From: Magallana gigas
Lineage: Eukaryota
Assembly (NCBI RefSeq): GCF_963853765.1
Contig: NC_088861.1
Span: 11,718,001-11,782,000 of the forward strand
DNA: 64,000 nucleotides
Direction of reading: 5' to 3'
Both the position numbers and the translations under genes were made by a program. Shown piece by piece: positions 24,030-36,600 of the stretch. The number at the start of each line of letters is the position of its first letter. The stretch's first letter is position 1. Under the pieces are notes generated by a model. That model was not told where the DNA came from. It did not search any database and saw only the letters and a list, made by a program, of their open reading frames with translations.

Positions 24030-24420
24030 TTGAATGAAAAAATGATAATAAACCGTGAACCATCTCAAAAATCCAGTAAACAAAATAAAATTCAAAGCAG
24101 AGCAGCACGAACCTCCAATTTGACAGAGGTAGGATTAGGTGCCTAGGAGGAGTGAACATCCTCTGCTGACAGGTCACACCCGTCGTGTGCTCTTTGTCGT
24201 AATCGGGGGAAAAATCGAAAAAGTCCGTAGACAATAAGGTGATTAATTATGGTCTAACAATTAGTATGAAAAACGTCAGAAAGCATGCGACCAAGTGGAA
24301 AATTGTATTTACTGACAAGGTCGTTGTATCGCGCGCGATCGACCATAGAACTTACGGAAAGATGACTTCAAGCGGCGAGACAGTTGATAGTCCTGTTTTA
24401 TCAACGTGTTCGTCAGAAGC
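24030..24420 (-). mobile_element. 3' remnant of a Penelope-like (probably Naiad-type) retroelement
   Basis: The minus strand reads LTNTLIKQDYQLSRRLKSSFRKFYGR..YNDLVSKYNFPLGRMLSDVFHTNC*, followed by the conserved 3' UTR GGGTGTGACCTGTCAGCAGAGGATGTTCACTCCTCCTAGGCACCT. The superfamily label is from memory. Confidence 0.65.
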
Positions 24421-25242
24421 AAAATAAAGGTGAATTAAATCATGCAAAGACTTGGTAAAAATAACAATCATGTCATCTCCTATCTTTATTGAAACACAGA
24501 AATATTATCAACAACATCAACAATACCATAAAGAGCTGTTATCTAGCTAAGACCTACAAATATCTGATGTAGCTACAGACGTAACCAGGTTTTTATACAT
24601 TACAATTTAGCTATAGCTGTGATTAAATTAAATATATAATTTATATGTATGCATAAGAAATAATGGCAAACGTTTCACACATAGAAATTTATATATCTTC
24701 TACATAGTTGTAAACCAGCTGACCAGGCATTGCTTCTCTGTTTTAATGCATCCTTCGATAGGAATACATATTTTTTGCACATTTTGGGATTTAAATACAT
24801 TGTTTGTAAATATGACTCAGCAGTGTCAGACTATCTATCTGCCTATATTTACATTTTCAACTGTCTTTGTGATAACATTACAAATCAATTTTGAACCCTA
24901 AAACCCTAAAACCGAATAACATCAAAAAATATGAGTGACACAAAATGGGCGTGTCTTATAGCAAAACCGAAAAACGGTATTGGCTGCACGGCGCGCGTAG
25001 TAATACATTGCATGTGCTAAATAAAAAAAGTAGTGGTTTTGAAATGTTTTCTTTTCGCACACAAAATGAATGAAAATTAAAATGAGCATGTAAAGGTTAC
25101 CATTACAATAAAATTTATAGAAAAATATCTTAATATGCAATTTAAATATTTTATATAAACGGCTCGTCTGCTGATGAATAGATTTCTTATAATGATCGTC
25201 TGCTGATCACTTCATTTTTTATTTCGATCGAATGCAGCCACC

Positions 25243-26910
25243 ATGAACGACGATATATCAGATGCGGTAAAATATGGCGATTTTGAAGTATTTAGTGGGG
25301 ATAATTATGAAGCCCTCCTGCCAGAATTAAAATTAGAAGGTTTTGATTCTGATTTTGACAATTTTCTATCCGAAATGGTCGTTTCGGACTTCGATATAAC
25401 ACCCAACAGGCATTTGCCGATTTGAAAAAATCCGATGATCCCGGGTTGCCAGCCCCAGAAACGCCAACAAGTACTCGTTTTGCCAAGCTTTCCGACGACG
25501 AAATTAAAGGATTTCAGGAACTCACACAATCAAAGGCTACAAAACAAAGCACCAAATGGGGTTTAAAGATTCTTACACGTACGCTTCTTTTTTTTAAAAA
25601 AGTGAATATTAGTAAGCAGCAATTAAACGCAAACAAAAACAGCCCATATTATGCAGTTACAGTTTTTTCTCAAATAACTGTCAAAACATGGATATCATTG
25701 TGCGTTTTCTATTACAGATTGGCATATTGAAACGTTTGGAGTCCCTCTAGATCTGGCTGAGATTTGCGAGGAGGATCTGGCGAAAAAACTCAGTCGCTTT
25801 TACTGTGAAGCAAAACCCCAAAACCCGAAAAAGGAGCATACCTCTCGAATATCATAAAAATACCATGAAAGCAATCAGAGCCGCCATAAACAGGCATTTA
25901 TCCGACATCGGTCGAAATATAGACATTGTAAACGATAAAGCATTCAAAACTGCAAATAAAAGTTTGACCGGTCTCATGAAGCATAGAATGGTCACTGAAA
26001 CTTCTCGCCCTACAACTCATAAGGAGATCATTCACAAATCAGATTTACAGAAAATTTCTGCTTACCTGGAGAGTGCATATTCTTCTCCAGTCAATCTGCG
26101 ACTTGCAATGTGGTACATCATCGCGATACATTTTGTGTCTCGTGGTCTTGAATTCCATCATCAGCTTCGGGTAGATTCCTTCGATTTCAAAGTTGACGAA
26201 GAAGGCTCCATATATGCTTGTTTAAAGCATGAAACAAAACCAAAAAACTATCAAGGTGGCATTCACAAACTTGGAGCACTGAACAACAAAAGAATGTATG
26301 AAACTGGAAACGAAACTTGTCCTGTGAAGATGTTGAAGTTCTTCTTGTCTAAAACGGACCCAAATGCGTCTCATCTTTTCAATAAATGCGTTAAAGATGC
26401 CATTTCTTACCCGAAAGATTGCAACATATGGTACACAGCCGATCCCATGAAAAAGCGATCATAAGTTAATTTCCTTCCGGATATTTGCAAGGCCGCCGGG
26501 TGCAAACGTTACACAGCTCACTGTCTAAGAGCGACAGCAATTCAGGCCATGAACGACGCTGGATTTGAAGCAAGACACATCATGTACTTCTCCGGGCATC
26601 GCAACGAAGCTTCCATACGTAGCTATTATCGTGAACTGTCTTCTACCCCAAAAAAAGTGCGAGTGCAACTTTATCTACAATAACCACCGCAAGTGTCAAA
26701 ATAAATGATCCATCTGAAGATTCATGTGTAATTTCCGGCCAACAATCACAGAATCTTCAAATCGTTCCCTATAATTCTGAAAATTCCAACTTACCTGTCA
26801 AAAATGAACTAAATTGTTCCACCATGTCCGACTCGAGCATTAAATCTGGAGTTTTGAATAACTCCCGCTTTGAGAACTGTTCCATTACCATCAAGTACAA
26901 TCTCGACTGA
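25243..26910 (+). pseudogene. Crypton tyrosine recombinase (DUF3504/ZMYM-QRICH1-KCTD1-like), two exons, frameshifted
   Basis: Exon 1 25243-25578 (RFAKLSDDEI..SKATKQSTKWGLK), GT-AG intron 25579-25717, exon 2 to TGA 26908-26910. Catalytic set FVSRG, HCLR, SGH, RSYY; C-terminal FENCSITI. Lesions: frameshifts at ~25395, ~25818 and ~26655, and stop 26462-64. Confidence 0.9.
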
Positions 26911-27247
26911 GGTGTAGATCGACCGCCTTACCGCGCAGGAGGAAAGTACCTTCCGCTATCACGAAATAAACACTCTAGTTATTTACTATTTTGCAACTAC
27001 ACACATTTTTTTAAAAAATCAAATGATATTTGATTTGATATTTTGTTGTATCGACTTAATAAATTTGCAAATTTGACTCTTCAATACATGTCTGTGAGTT
27101 TTCATGTACAACACACGTGTGATGCAAGTGTCAAATGACGTATTCCTGGGGCGCCAGTGGGGTTTGCATAATTATACGAATTAAAACAACGGTAAAAATG
27201 TTATTATTATTAGATCTTTAATCGTGCACATTAGAAATAATATAAAT

Positions 27248-27408
27248 ATAAGTAATAAGGAATCATTCTTTGAATATTATGAGGTGATAATTTCGGTCGG
27301 AGCGTGGTCAAATCTATCATAAAGCCCTTCGGGCTTTATTTGATTTGACCACGCCCCGACCGAAATTATCACCTCATAATACTCAAAGAATGATTCCTTA
27401 TTCCTTAT
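27248..27408. repeat. ~160-bp imperfect palindrome at the Crypton 3' end
   Basis: AATAAGGAATCATTCTTTGAATATTATGAGGTGATAATTTCGGTCGG...AAAGCCC-TTC-GGGCTTT...CCGACCGAAATTATCACCTCATAATACTCAAAGAATGATTCCTTATT. Confidence 0.97.
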
Positions 27409-30400
27409 TTAATTCAGTTGAAATTGAGTTTTACATGTAATTTAAGCCCCCCCCCCCCCCAAAAAAAGGAGAGATTTCATATAAATGAATGAAAACAGGT
27501 TAGTGAGTACATATATTACCATGAATGATCAAAACATGTACATTCTTTTTTCAACCGCAGTTTTTGAATGTTAAAAACCTTTCTAAATGCTAAAAAAAAA
27601 CGTTGGATATATTTTAGTGTTTAATTATTTGGTAAAATGTTTAAAATCAAGATAAAATATACCGGTGATATCAGCCATCTGTAACGTCTTTTGCCTTGTT
27701 ATTCAATGACAGTATTTTTTAAATTGAATATTGATTACTTTTTTTTTTACATTAATATTCTAAAGAAATTTACACTGGGATGCTAATTTCTAAATTCTCA
27801 AGATTTCATTGCTAAAAACACTGACTAAGTATATTTATGTCAACTTCACAACAGAAGATGCAGTATTAACTATCCATTTCAGTTTATGTATCTCAAACGG
27901 TGGCAGATGTTTTAGATTTAAACTTTGATAGATAAAGCAAGAACAATCTTTTACGATAGTTTAATTTATTTACAAAAAGATATGCCTATTATGTTTCACA
28001 AAACGAGAACAAGTTATTCAAAGACCAGGATATGAATCACATAATTCACCTTATTTTTTGTTGCACCCATGTAAAGCGACTATTAGTCTGCTTTTATTTT
28101 TAGAGACTAATGTTGATCGACGGTTACCCGAACTGGTGATCATATTCAGTGCTACATTAAAAATATGTGAACACTTCCACTGCTTATACACAATCACAAT
28201 CTAATCCTAAACTTGTATGGAAAATGATATCAACTACGTTAGTAAGTTCTGATTTAAAACACTAAATTGAGGCAACTTTAAGTAAGCTTGCTGTAAATAT
28301 ATTTTTTGTTTGCATAAATTTAATAAGAATTGATGTGTTGTGACATCTTTCTATTAAAATCCAAAATACACAAAAGGAAAACTTGTCTCGAAAGACCACC
28401 AGTTTTCTTGAGTTACTCTTGAAGGCAGGGGTGGCTGTACTTAATATTATGTATATAAACTTTATCAAATCTTGGTATTGAGTCACTAGCTTCGGATGAA
28501 ACTCTGTCACCCAGTCTTTACAAATATATGTTTGCCAAAAGTAATGAAAAGCTGACTGAAGAACATAACCTTGCCTTTCAACCACATTGGCAGTAAACAT
28601 TTAGTTACATTTGAATTGACTGAGTCTAACAACATCATCGCTTCGCTCGCCCAGCGTTGAATAACGATCTAACGTTCGAGAATTTCTATTGTTGTCAAGT
28701 CGGTCACTTTTATTTCTTATTTTCATAAAGTTTACTATCATTGACCAATATTAATCATCAATGGCTTTACTTGCTTCGTTTTGCCCGACAAATTTTTTAA
28801 ATATAACTGGTATAACTTTATATGCATGTTTTCACCTCGTGATGGAAAGAAAGAAAGATACCTGTTTGTTTGTTAGAAAATTAAAATCAGATCTACCTTT
28901 CTTCAAAAATTTATTTGTTTAGTGATTAACTATCATAAAAAAAAGAAATGTTCAGTTCATTTTAGCTTTCGAATAAGAATTATAGCATTCCCTACATTTT
29001 TAATTACATTCACAGATTATGGTTCCTTCGATTTCTTACGGAACTTGATCGTAGTTCATAGCTCTGTAGAAACTGACAGTACTGAAACCTACGCGCCCCG
29101 TTTATCGATTGCTCGAAACCTACAGCAACTTTAGGAAAAAAATCACGGACTGCACGAAATAATCATTAGGATGTCAGACTTAAATTCCTATACATGGCGA
29201 TTTGGCTGGTTCTTTTAGCTAAAGTACTGATTTTTATTTTTTTAAAAAGTAATTTACTTAACCATACTTACTTTTTACTAAACTTAATTTTTCTATTAGT
29301 CAAAAAATGTAAATCTAAACAATCAATTGCATTCTTTTATGATTCATGCGGGTAATGAAGATAAAGATCAAAGCAGAAAAAAAAATACATAACCCGCTAA
29401 CGCTTGCTATGTATTTATCTGTAATTACAAAAAAAAAGCATTTTTTTATCTATATAAAAGCTCGTCATCTCAAGGTAATTCATATTGTCTAAAACGGTCA
29501 CGTCCATCAGAACTCCTATTATGTTTATTTACCCACAAATACTTGTGATACATGTATGTAGACTTCAAATGCATGGAAAGACTTTAAAATACATATTGTG
29601 AAAAATATTGAAGAAAAGGTTAAAGTAATTATATAAAATTGTTTTATTACCACTTAAAGGGAATAAAATAGGGTCCTGATTTCCCCCTACTTTTATTTGA
29701 GTGCGCGTTGTAAACTAAATTGTTTAATCTTTGTTTAGACACATCGCGTTGCTTCCCTGTGATAAATATTGCCTCTTTTCTGATCTACGGTAACTTTGTT
29801 ATGGTTAATCTGATTAGTCATAAGGGTGAGTAATGTCCATCGACAATTTGAATTTATCACCTTACAGCAACAACCAAGTTGATTGAGTCATTCATGGCGC
29901 CATATACCAATTGCCCGTTTGAATGTTTATTAAATGCATTGAATCAGAAGGGGGAATTCAGGGTCAAAACCCAAAATACATTTTGTAGCTTGTAAAAGAG
30001 GAATTTAGGTAATTTATTGGACATTTTGAAGATACGCAGATTTTCTAGACTTAACTTTTTGAAAGACCGTGAGCTAGAAACTTTTATTTTCAATATGAAT
30101 GACTCAACGTGTGACGTAAATAGCCTTCTATGATGCACTGGAACTCCCCATGTTGGTATTTCCAGTTACACTTAAAAGTTTAGTAAATAGGTTAAAGAAG
30201 AAGTAAGACATGCAGGTGCAAAAGAGCTGTGTAAAATTACCTTATTAAGACCGTGAGAATATCTTATACCATTTTGAATGTCTTAGAAAATTTTAAAAAA
30301 AAATTAAAAATACATGGCGAACTTGTTAAACTTCCCATTCAAGCTACGTTTTGTTTTGTTTTGTGTGTTCCTTTGGTCAATGATTTTTTTTAAATTTTTA

Positions 30401-30889
30401 ATTTTTAATGCAAATGGGTGCCACCTAAAATATAAGTGATCTATACACGCGTTACAAATATTGTAATAATTGAAATAATGCTCTGTAGTATATGCATTGT
30501 GTGCAAATATACGATACTATGGTAACACATTGCGTTGTGTGCAAATATGCAATTATTAACCATCTAGCAAAATGTTTAACTTATAAATATGATGATGAAC
30601 ACCAAACACATAATCATGTAATTTAGTTTACAAAACGAAGATTATTTGTAAAAATGTGTTTGTGTTTTTCAGCTTTTTTTTTTTTTAGATCAATGTACTT
30701 CTCCGTTGACGAAAGGTTAGCTTTAAAAATATTTTTTTAATGAATTTAAACATAACGGAAAAACAATAGTAAATACAATTTCAATCAATTTTGTTATGTC
30801 CGAATGTTAATTAAATACATGTGATAATTTTTAAAAATAAATGTAGAAATTTTTAATAAGATTACACCACCTAATTTCTTAATATATAT

Positions 30890-31310
30890 GTACTTGTGTG
30901 CTTTTGTATGAACAGTTTCTAAGGCGAGACAAGCTACTGACAAAATAGTTGATAAAACAGGACTATCAAAAGTCTCATTTGAAGTCATCTTTTCATAAGT
31001 TCTATGGTCGATACAACGACCTTGTCAAAAACTATCTTCCAATGGGTCGCTGCTGACTGAAGTTTTGTATACTAATTGTTAAACCATAATTAATCACCTA
31101 ATTGTCTACGCGCTTTTCCGTTTGTTCCCGAATACGATAAAGATCACACGGCGGGTCTGACCGGTCAATAGAGGATGCTTACTCCTCCATGGTACCTGAT
31201 CATACCTCTATCTATTTAGGGCTTCGTTTTGCTCTGCTTTGCTTTGAATTTGTATTTCGTTTTATGGATTTTTGAGATAGTTGACAGTTTGTTATTGTCT
31301 TTTTTTCATT
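30890..31310 (+). mobile_element. 3' remnant of a Penelope/Naiad-like retroelement (copy 1 of the tandem duplication)
   Basis: KLLTK*LIKQDYQKSHLKSSFHKFYGRYNDLV plus the same 3' UTR motif as at 24030-24420. Confidence 0.65.
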
Positions 31311-32043
31311 GTAAGTATGGGGTTATTATGATCCCGCATACCATATATGGTTTTGAAATCCAATTATCATATTTTTAGTGATATTGTTTCGAAGTATTTG
31401 TTTTTATTTATATCACTTTATTAGAAGAGATGTACCAAATTTTTTAAAAATGCTCCAATTTTTTTTCAAGTATGCATTTTTACGAGGTGACACACACACT
31501 GATAATATGTACATGTAATAACTACTTCTTGACCTAATACTTGGTTCCGGGATCAGTTGTAAAAGAATATCTTGGGAACACTATGGGATATTTTTAAAAG
31601 GAATTTTCTTTAAATCAATAAGGGGGCTATAGAATGTCTTAAATCCTTTAGACTCGGTGATTTCGTATGCTAATATTACTTGATCATTGACAAATAAAAT
31701 AAAGATTAACATGACTATAAAGCAACAACACTACATGCATATTGGAAGAAAGAAATGGTAATGCAAGCATTTGGAATTTCAATGGGTGCCACCTAAAATA
31801 TTAGTGATCTATACACGCGTTACAAATATTGTAATAATTGAAATAATGCTCTGTAGTATATGCATTGTGTGCAAATATACGATACTATGGTAACACATTG
31901 CGTTGTGTGCAAATATGAAATTATTAACCATCTAGCAAAATGTTTAACTTATAAATATGATGATGAACACCAAACACATAATCATGTAATTTAGTTTACA
32001 AAACGAAGATTATTTGTAAAAATGTGTTTGTGTTTTTCAGCTT

Positions 32044-32991
32044 CGCGGGGGTGTTAAGGAAGCATATGGGCAATTTAGCGTCTTATTTTGACTGTTATAT
32101 TCAAAATCGTGGAATAAAATAATTATTTTGAATAAGGTCAAAAACTTAATATTGTCCTTTAAAATAGATGTCAGTGCAATAAAATCGGGTAGTACATTAC
32201 TGCCACATTAGTGCATTATCACGTGACAACTATAAATAGCTTACGTATATTCCTTAACATAAAATGAGATAGAACAACACTACCCCGCAGTTTCCAAAAT
32301 AAAATAAACATACCAAGCGAAAGCAAAACATCTCAGTTTAATCAAAACCGCTGCTAGAATCCTATGTTTTTCATTATTAAAAAGTTATTCATCCGGTTCT
32401 TGTAAAACCTTCCCATCTTTTATATAGTTTGCACGAAAAACGGCAAATTGCATCAAAACAACACACAACATGGGATTCTAGCAGCACTTTTCAATTTAAG
32501 CATTGATCAAACTAACGATACGTATAAAATTTCAAGTTCAATATATACGGGGTAGTGTTGTTCTAGTCGGATTTTTATATCGTAAACAACGACAGAGGAA
32601 AGCCTGGCCGAGAAAGAAAAGCAAATTTACATACCTTTTAAAGAATGATTGATAAAACTAACATCTCCCCCAGTATTCTTATGTTCAATTCTCAATAAAT
32701 CACACCACAATACTTTATCAGAGTTCTTAGATTAGTTATATTTTGAATATGTTTACAATGCTTTCCGATCAAATTCACACGACATTCAACTTTTAGTCAT
32801 GACGTCATCAATGTGTAAATCTACGTAATACAAACTAATTTCTGGAAAAAAATTGTCTTCAGTATTTTTCATTTGTTTTTGATCTACGTTTCGTTGCTTA
32901 GATATTTGAATATGTACATAATAATTAAGATTTGTGATTTCATGGAATTACATGCAACTCAGATTCCATATGCTTCCTTAACACCCCCGCG
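32044..32991. mobile_element. 948-bp non-autonomous element with perfect 26-bp TIRs and nested internal inverted repeats, inserted in a poly-T run
   Basis: CGCGGGGGTGTTAAGGAAGCATATGG (32044-32069) pairs with CCATATGCTTCCTTAACACCCCCGCG (32966-32991). The empty site is visible in the duplicate at 30674-30686. Confidence 0.92.
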
Positions 32992-33209
32992 TTTTTTTTT
33001 TTTTTTAGATCAATGTACTTCTCCGTTGACGAAAGGTTAGCTTTAAAAATATTTATTTAATGAATTTAAACATAACGGAAAAACAATAGTAAATACAATT
33101 TCAATCAATTTTGTTATGTCCGAATGTTAATTAAATACATGTGATAATTTTTAAAAATAAATGTAGAAATTTTTAATAAGATTACACCACCTAATTTCTT
33201 AATATATAT

Positions 33210-33630
33210 GTACTTGTGTGCTTTTGTATGAACAGTTTCTAAGGCGAGACAAGCTACTGACAAAATAGTTGATAAAACAGGACTATCAAAAGTCTCATTT
33301 GAAGTCATCTTTTCATAAGTTCTATGGTCGATACAACGACCTTGTCAAAAACTATCTTCCAATGGGTCGCTGCTGACTGAAGTTTTGTATACTAATTGTT
33401 AAACCATAATTAATCACCTAATTGTCTACGCGCTTTTCCGTTTGTTCCCGAATACGATAAAGATCACACGGCGGGTCTGACCGGTCAATAGAGGATGCTT
33501 ACTCCTCCATGGTACCTGATCATACCTCTATCTATTTAGAGCTTCGTTTTGCTCTGCTTTGCTTTGAATTTGTATTTCGTTTTATGGATTTTTGAGATAG
33601 TTGACAGTTTGTTATTGTCTTTTTTTCATT
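33210..33630 (+). mobile_element. 3' remnant of a Penelope/Naiad-like retroelement (copy 2)
   Basis: Duplicate of 30890-31310 at an offset of 2320. Confidence 0.65.
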
Positions 33631-36600
33631 GTAAGTATGGGGTTATTATGATCCCGCATACCATATATGGTTTTGAAATCCAATTATCATATTTTTAGTG
33701 ATATTGTTTCGAAGTATTTGTTTTTATTTATATCACTTTATTAGAAGAGATGTACCAAATTTTTTAAAAATGCTCCAATTTTTTTTCAAGTATGCATTTT
33801 TACGAGGTGACACACACACTGATAATATTTACATGTAATAACTACTTCTTGACCTAATACTTGGTTCCGGGATCAGTTGTAAAAGAATATCTTGGGAACA
33901 CTATGGGGTATTTTTAAAAGGTATTTTCTTTATATCAATAAGGGGGCTATAGAATGTCTTAAATCCTTTAGACTCGGTGATTTCGTATGCTAATATTACT
34001 TGATCATTGACAAATAAAATAAAGATTAACATGACTATAAAGCAACAACACTACATGCATATTGGAAGAAAGAAATGGTAATGCAAGCATTTGGAATTTC
34101 AAATTGCAGTAGAGTGTAGATCCATGCGAGGAAGACAACGGAACAAAAGAACACAAGAGTTTTTGATTCGGATATTTTATGTTTGATCTAACTGAATAAA
34201 CTTGATAAAAAAAGATCAACACTTTCCATCAGTCATAATAAATAATGCTAGCGCTGTTATTTGATATTCATAATTATGCTAATGATAAAGATGAATATAG
34301 ATTTTAACTGTTCCCCCAATGTAATGCATTGATATTATGAAATAAAAATATTAGTTTGTCTTGCCGTTGGGATTGCCGATTTCCATCAAACTTTTCAATA
34401 GTTAAGAACAATATAACAATCTTTACCTTCAGTTTCGACCCAAGACCTTGACCTCTCCTAGATATCATGAACACTTGCCTCTTTAAAAAAATCAAAACTG
34501 ATAAGGCATAAACAATTGTAATTAACCGTAATTTCTCAAAGTATTCATTTCTCTATTATTAAATTAAATAAAAGATAAAATGTATTACATCTTGGTTTAT
34601 TAAAACGTCTGATAACCATATTATAAGTTTTACAATGATATTTATATCATACTACTTAGAATACAAGTAAATTCTTAATTTCATAGCTATAAAATATAAA
34701 ATTATACTTGTTTCAGAGACAAGTATTCTACTTAAAGGACAGTTTTAAAGACGTTTACTTGCACGCTAAGTATACCAATACAAAACTGCATTTGCATATT
34801 TAATGTGGAAAGTCCTCTAATGTCTAGCTACAAGGGACTGTGGATGCGAAATCAAAAGATCCAATTTTAGAAAAAAAACTTAATGGGGTATCAAATTTGA
34901 AATCTAAATGGATAAAAATTAGTTGACGTTAAGATACGTTTAAATATAATCAAAGTTCTAATATTAGATAAAAAGTGAAATCAAAACAAGTTATTTTTTC
35001 AATTACGCATTACGAAGCTTGAAGCATTGCAAACCAAAGGTACATCACACATGGACGTTTCCTTTCAAAACATTTTCATAAAATCAAAACTTTCAGTAAG
35101 ATAAGATAATCAGCTCGAAAGATTTTGTGATTTTTTATGTGTTTTTCTACAATGAATTTAAACTTTAATCTTGAAAAAGTCGCTTTTAGATATAAATTAA
35201 TGTCTTGGTTGAAGCTCATGGATCGAATTCGTTCGAAAAAACTTTATCAAAAAGAATGTAAATAATATATGCCAACAATTTTGACGTCAGGGTTTAACGT
35301 TTCAGGAATATAAAAAAGTAGGTCAGGACATCCCCAAGTCATCAAGTCCAGTTTATTTTCGTATTCTTCATTTTTAGATGCATTTTCAATAACTCAATTC
35401 ACAACCATTTTTACATAACATTAAAATCTGTATCATTTTTTGTCTGATGTAAATAAACGCGATAAAATAAGAATGGACCTTTATGTTTTTAACACTTTAT
35501 TCATGATTTTAAATTACAGATGTAAGCGATCTTGCTTAGTTTTATACCGTCAGTAATTGTCAAAACGGAATAAAAGGATACCATATCCCATTCCAAACCC
35601 CTCTCAAAAAACAACCAAACAACCCAACAAGCAAATAGAAACTTGATCGTTTATTAAGTGATTGCAGATAATTTTGAATGAAGATGATTGCTAATATTCG
35701 TTTATCTGAGAATACAGTTCTGATGGATGAAGATCAAATAATTCTGCTGATAAATTTGAAAATGGAAAACAGTGTCATAGAGCTGTTAATTAAAAAAAAT
35801 ATTTCATTTCGGAGTTTTTATCTTGAATACCATATGGTGATTTGATGACACATGGCTGTTAATGCAAAAGATATGTAGGAAATGTATGTGGATTTGGAAA
35901 AATGCGGCTGGATTTTCCCAAGCTATCCGTTTACACTGATATTATGTCAAATTAATTTTAAATATCGGTTGTTGTCAAGCCGTAATCACTCTATCATACA
36001 TTGTAGCTAAAAAAAGGTGCATAATTATTTTGATAAGTTGCCGTACGTAGTTAGACAATAGCTGTGGAAAAATTCAAAATTGCGTGTACAAAAACCATAT
36101 ATTATTAAACAATCAATAATAATTTGAAGAATATGTGTATTATATTAATATAAAAAACAATATTTTGTTTTATGTCATTGTAAGGAAGGGGGAAATATTT
36201 GATTTTTGATATTTGAATATATTTAAATATTATTTAAATATAACCGTGTAATTTATACTGCCCTTATAATGTATAAGAGTATTCAAAAAATCAAAACGAT
36301 ATCTAACGGAAATAAAATTCCAGCAAGTCATTTAAACACGCTCCAATTACAAGTAACATGTACACAATTATCATACATGCAATGCATTTTTTATGTTGCT
36401 TCTCTATTCAAAATTTGCAATTCATGTTGTCGCTGAGACTTTCAGTGCCTTTTATTTTTCTTTCAATGTTGAGTCGTCGTTCAAAGTGTCTGATTTTATT
36501 TAAGTTGAATATCCAAATAGTTTACTGTGAATCATATTGATATCATCTGTTCGTGTGAACCAGGTCAGGTTTATACATTCAGTTATCTGCTGCTCGGATG

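Larger units (their letters stand above)
24845..27410 (+). mobile_element. Crypton (tyrosine-recombinase DNA transposon), near full length
   Basis: It contains a YR gene. Its 5' end (24850-25010) and 3' palindrome (27248-27408) are both shared with the mini-element at 42425-42725, which delimits the element. No TSD seen. Confidence 0.8.
30413..34102 (+). repeat. Young tandem duplication of a ~1.37-kb unit (30413-31780 and 31781-34102; second copy interrupted by a MITE)
   Basis: The copies are ~99% identical by eye. CAAAT microhomology occurs at both outer breakpoints (30411 and 34100). Confidence 0.95.

Noticed and set aside
24895-24912. Telomere-like CCCTAAAA x2
   Set aside because: Only two units, not the metazoan TTAGGG repeat, and absent from the mini-Crypton.
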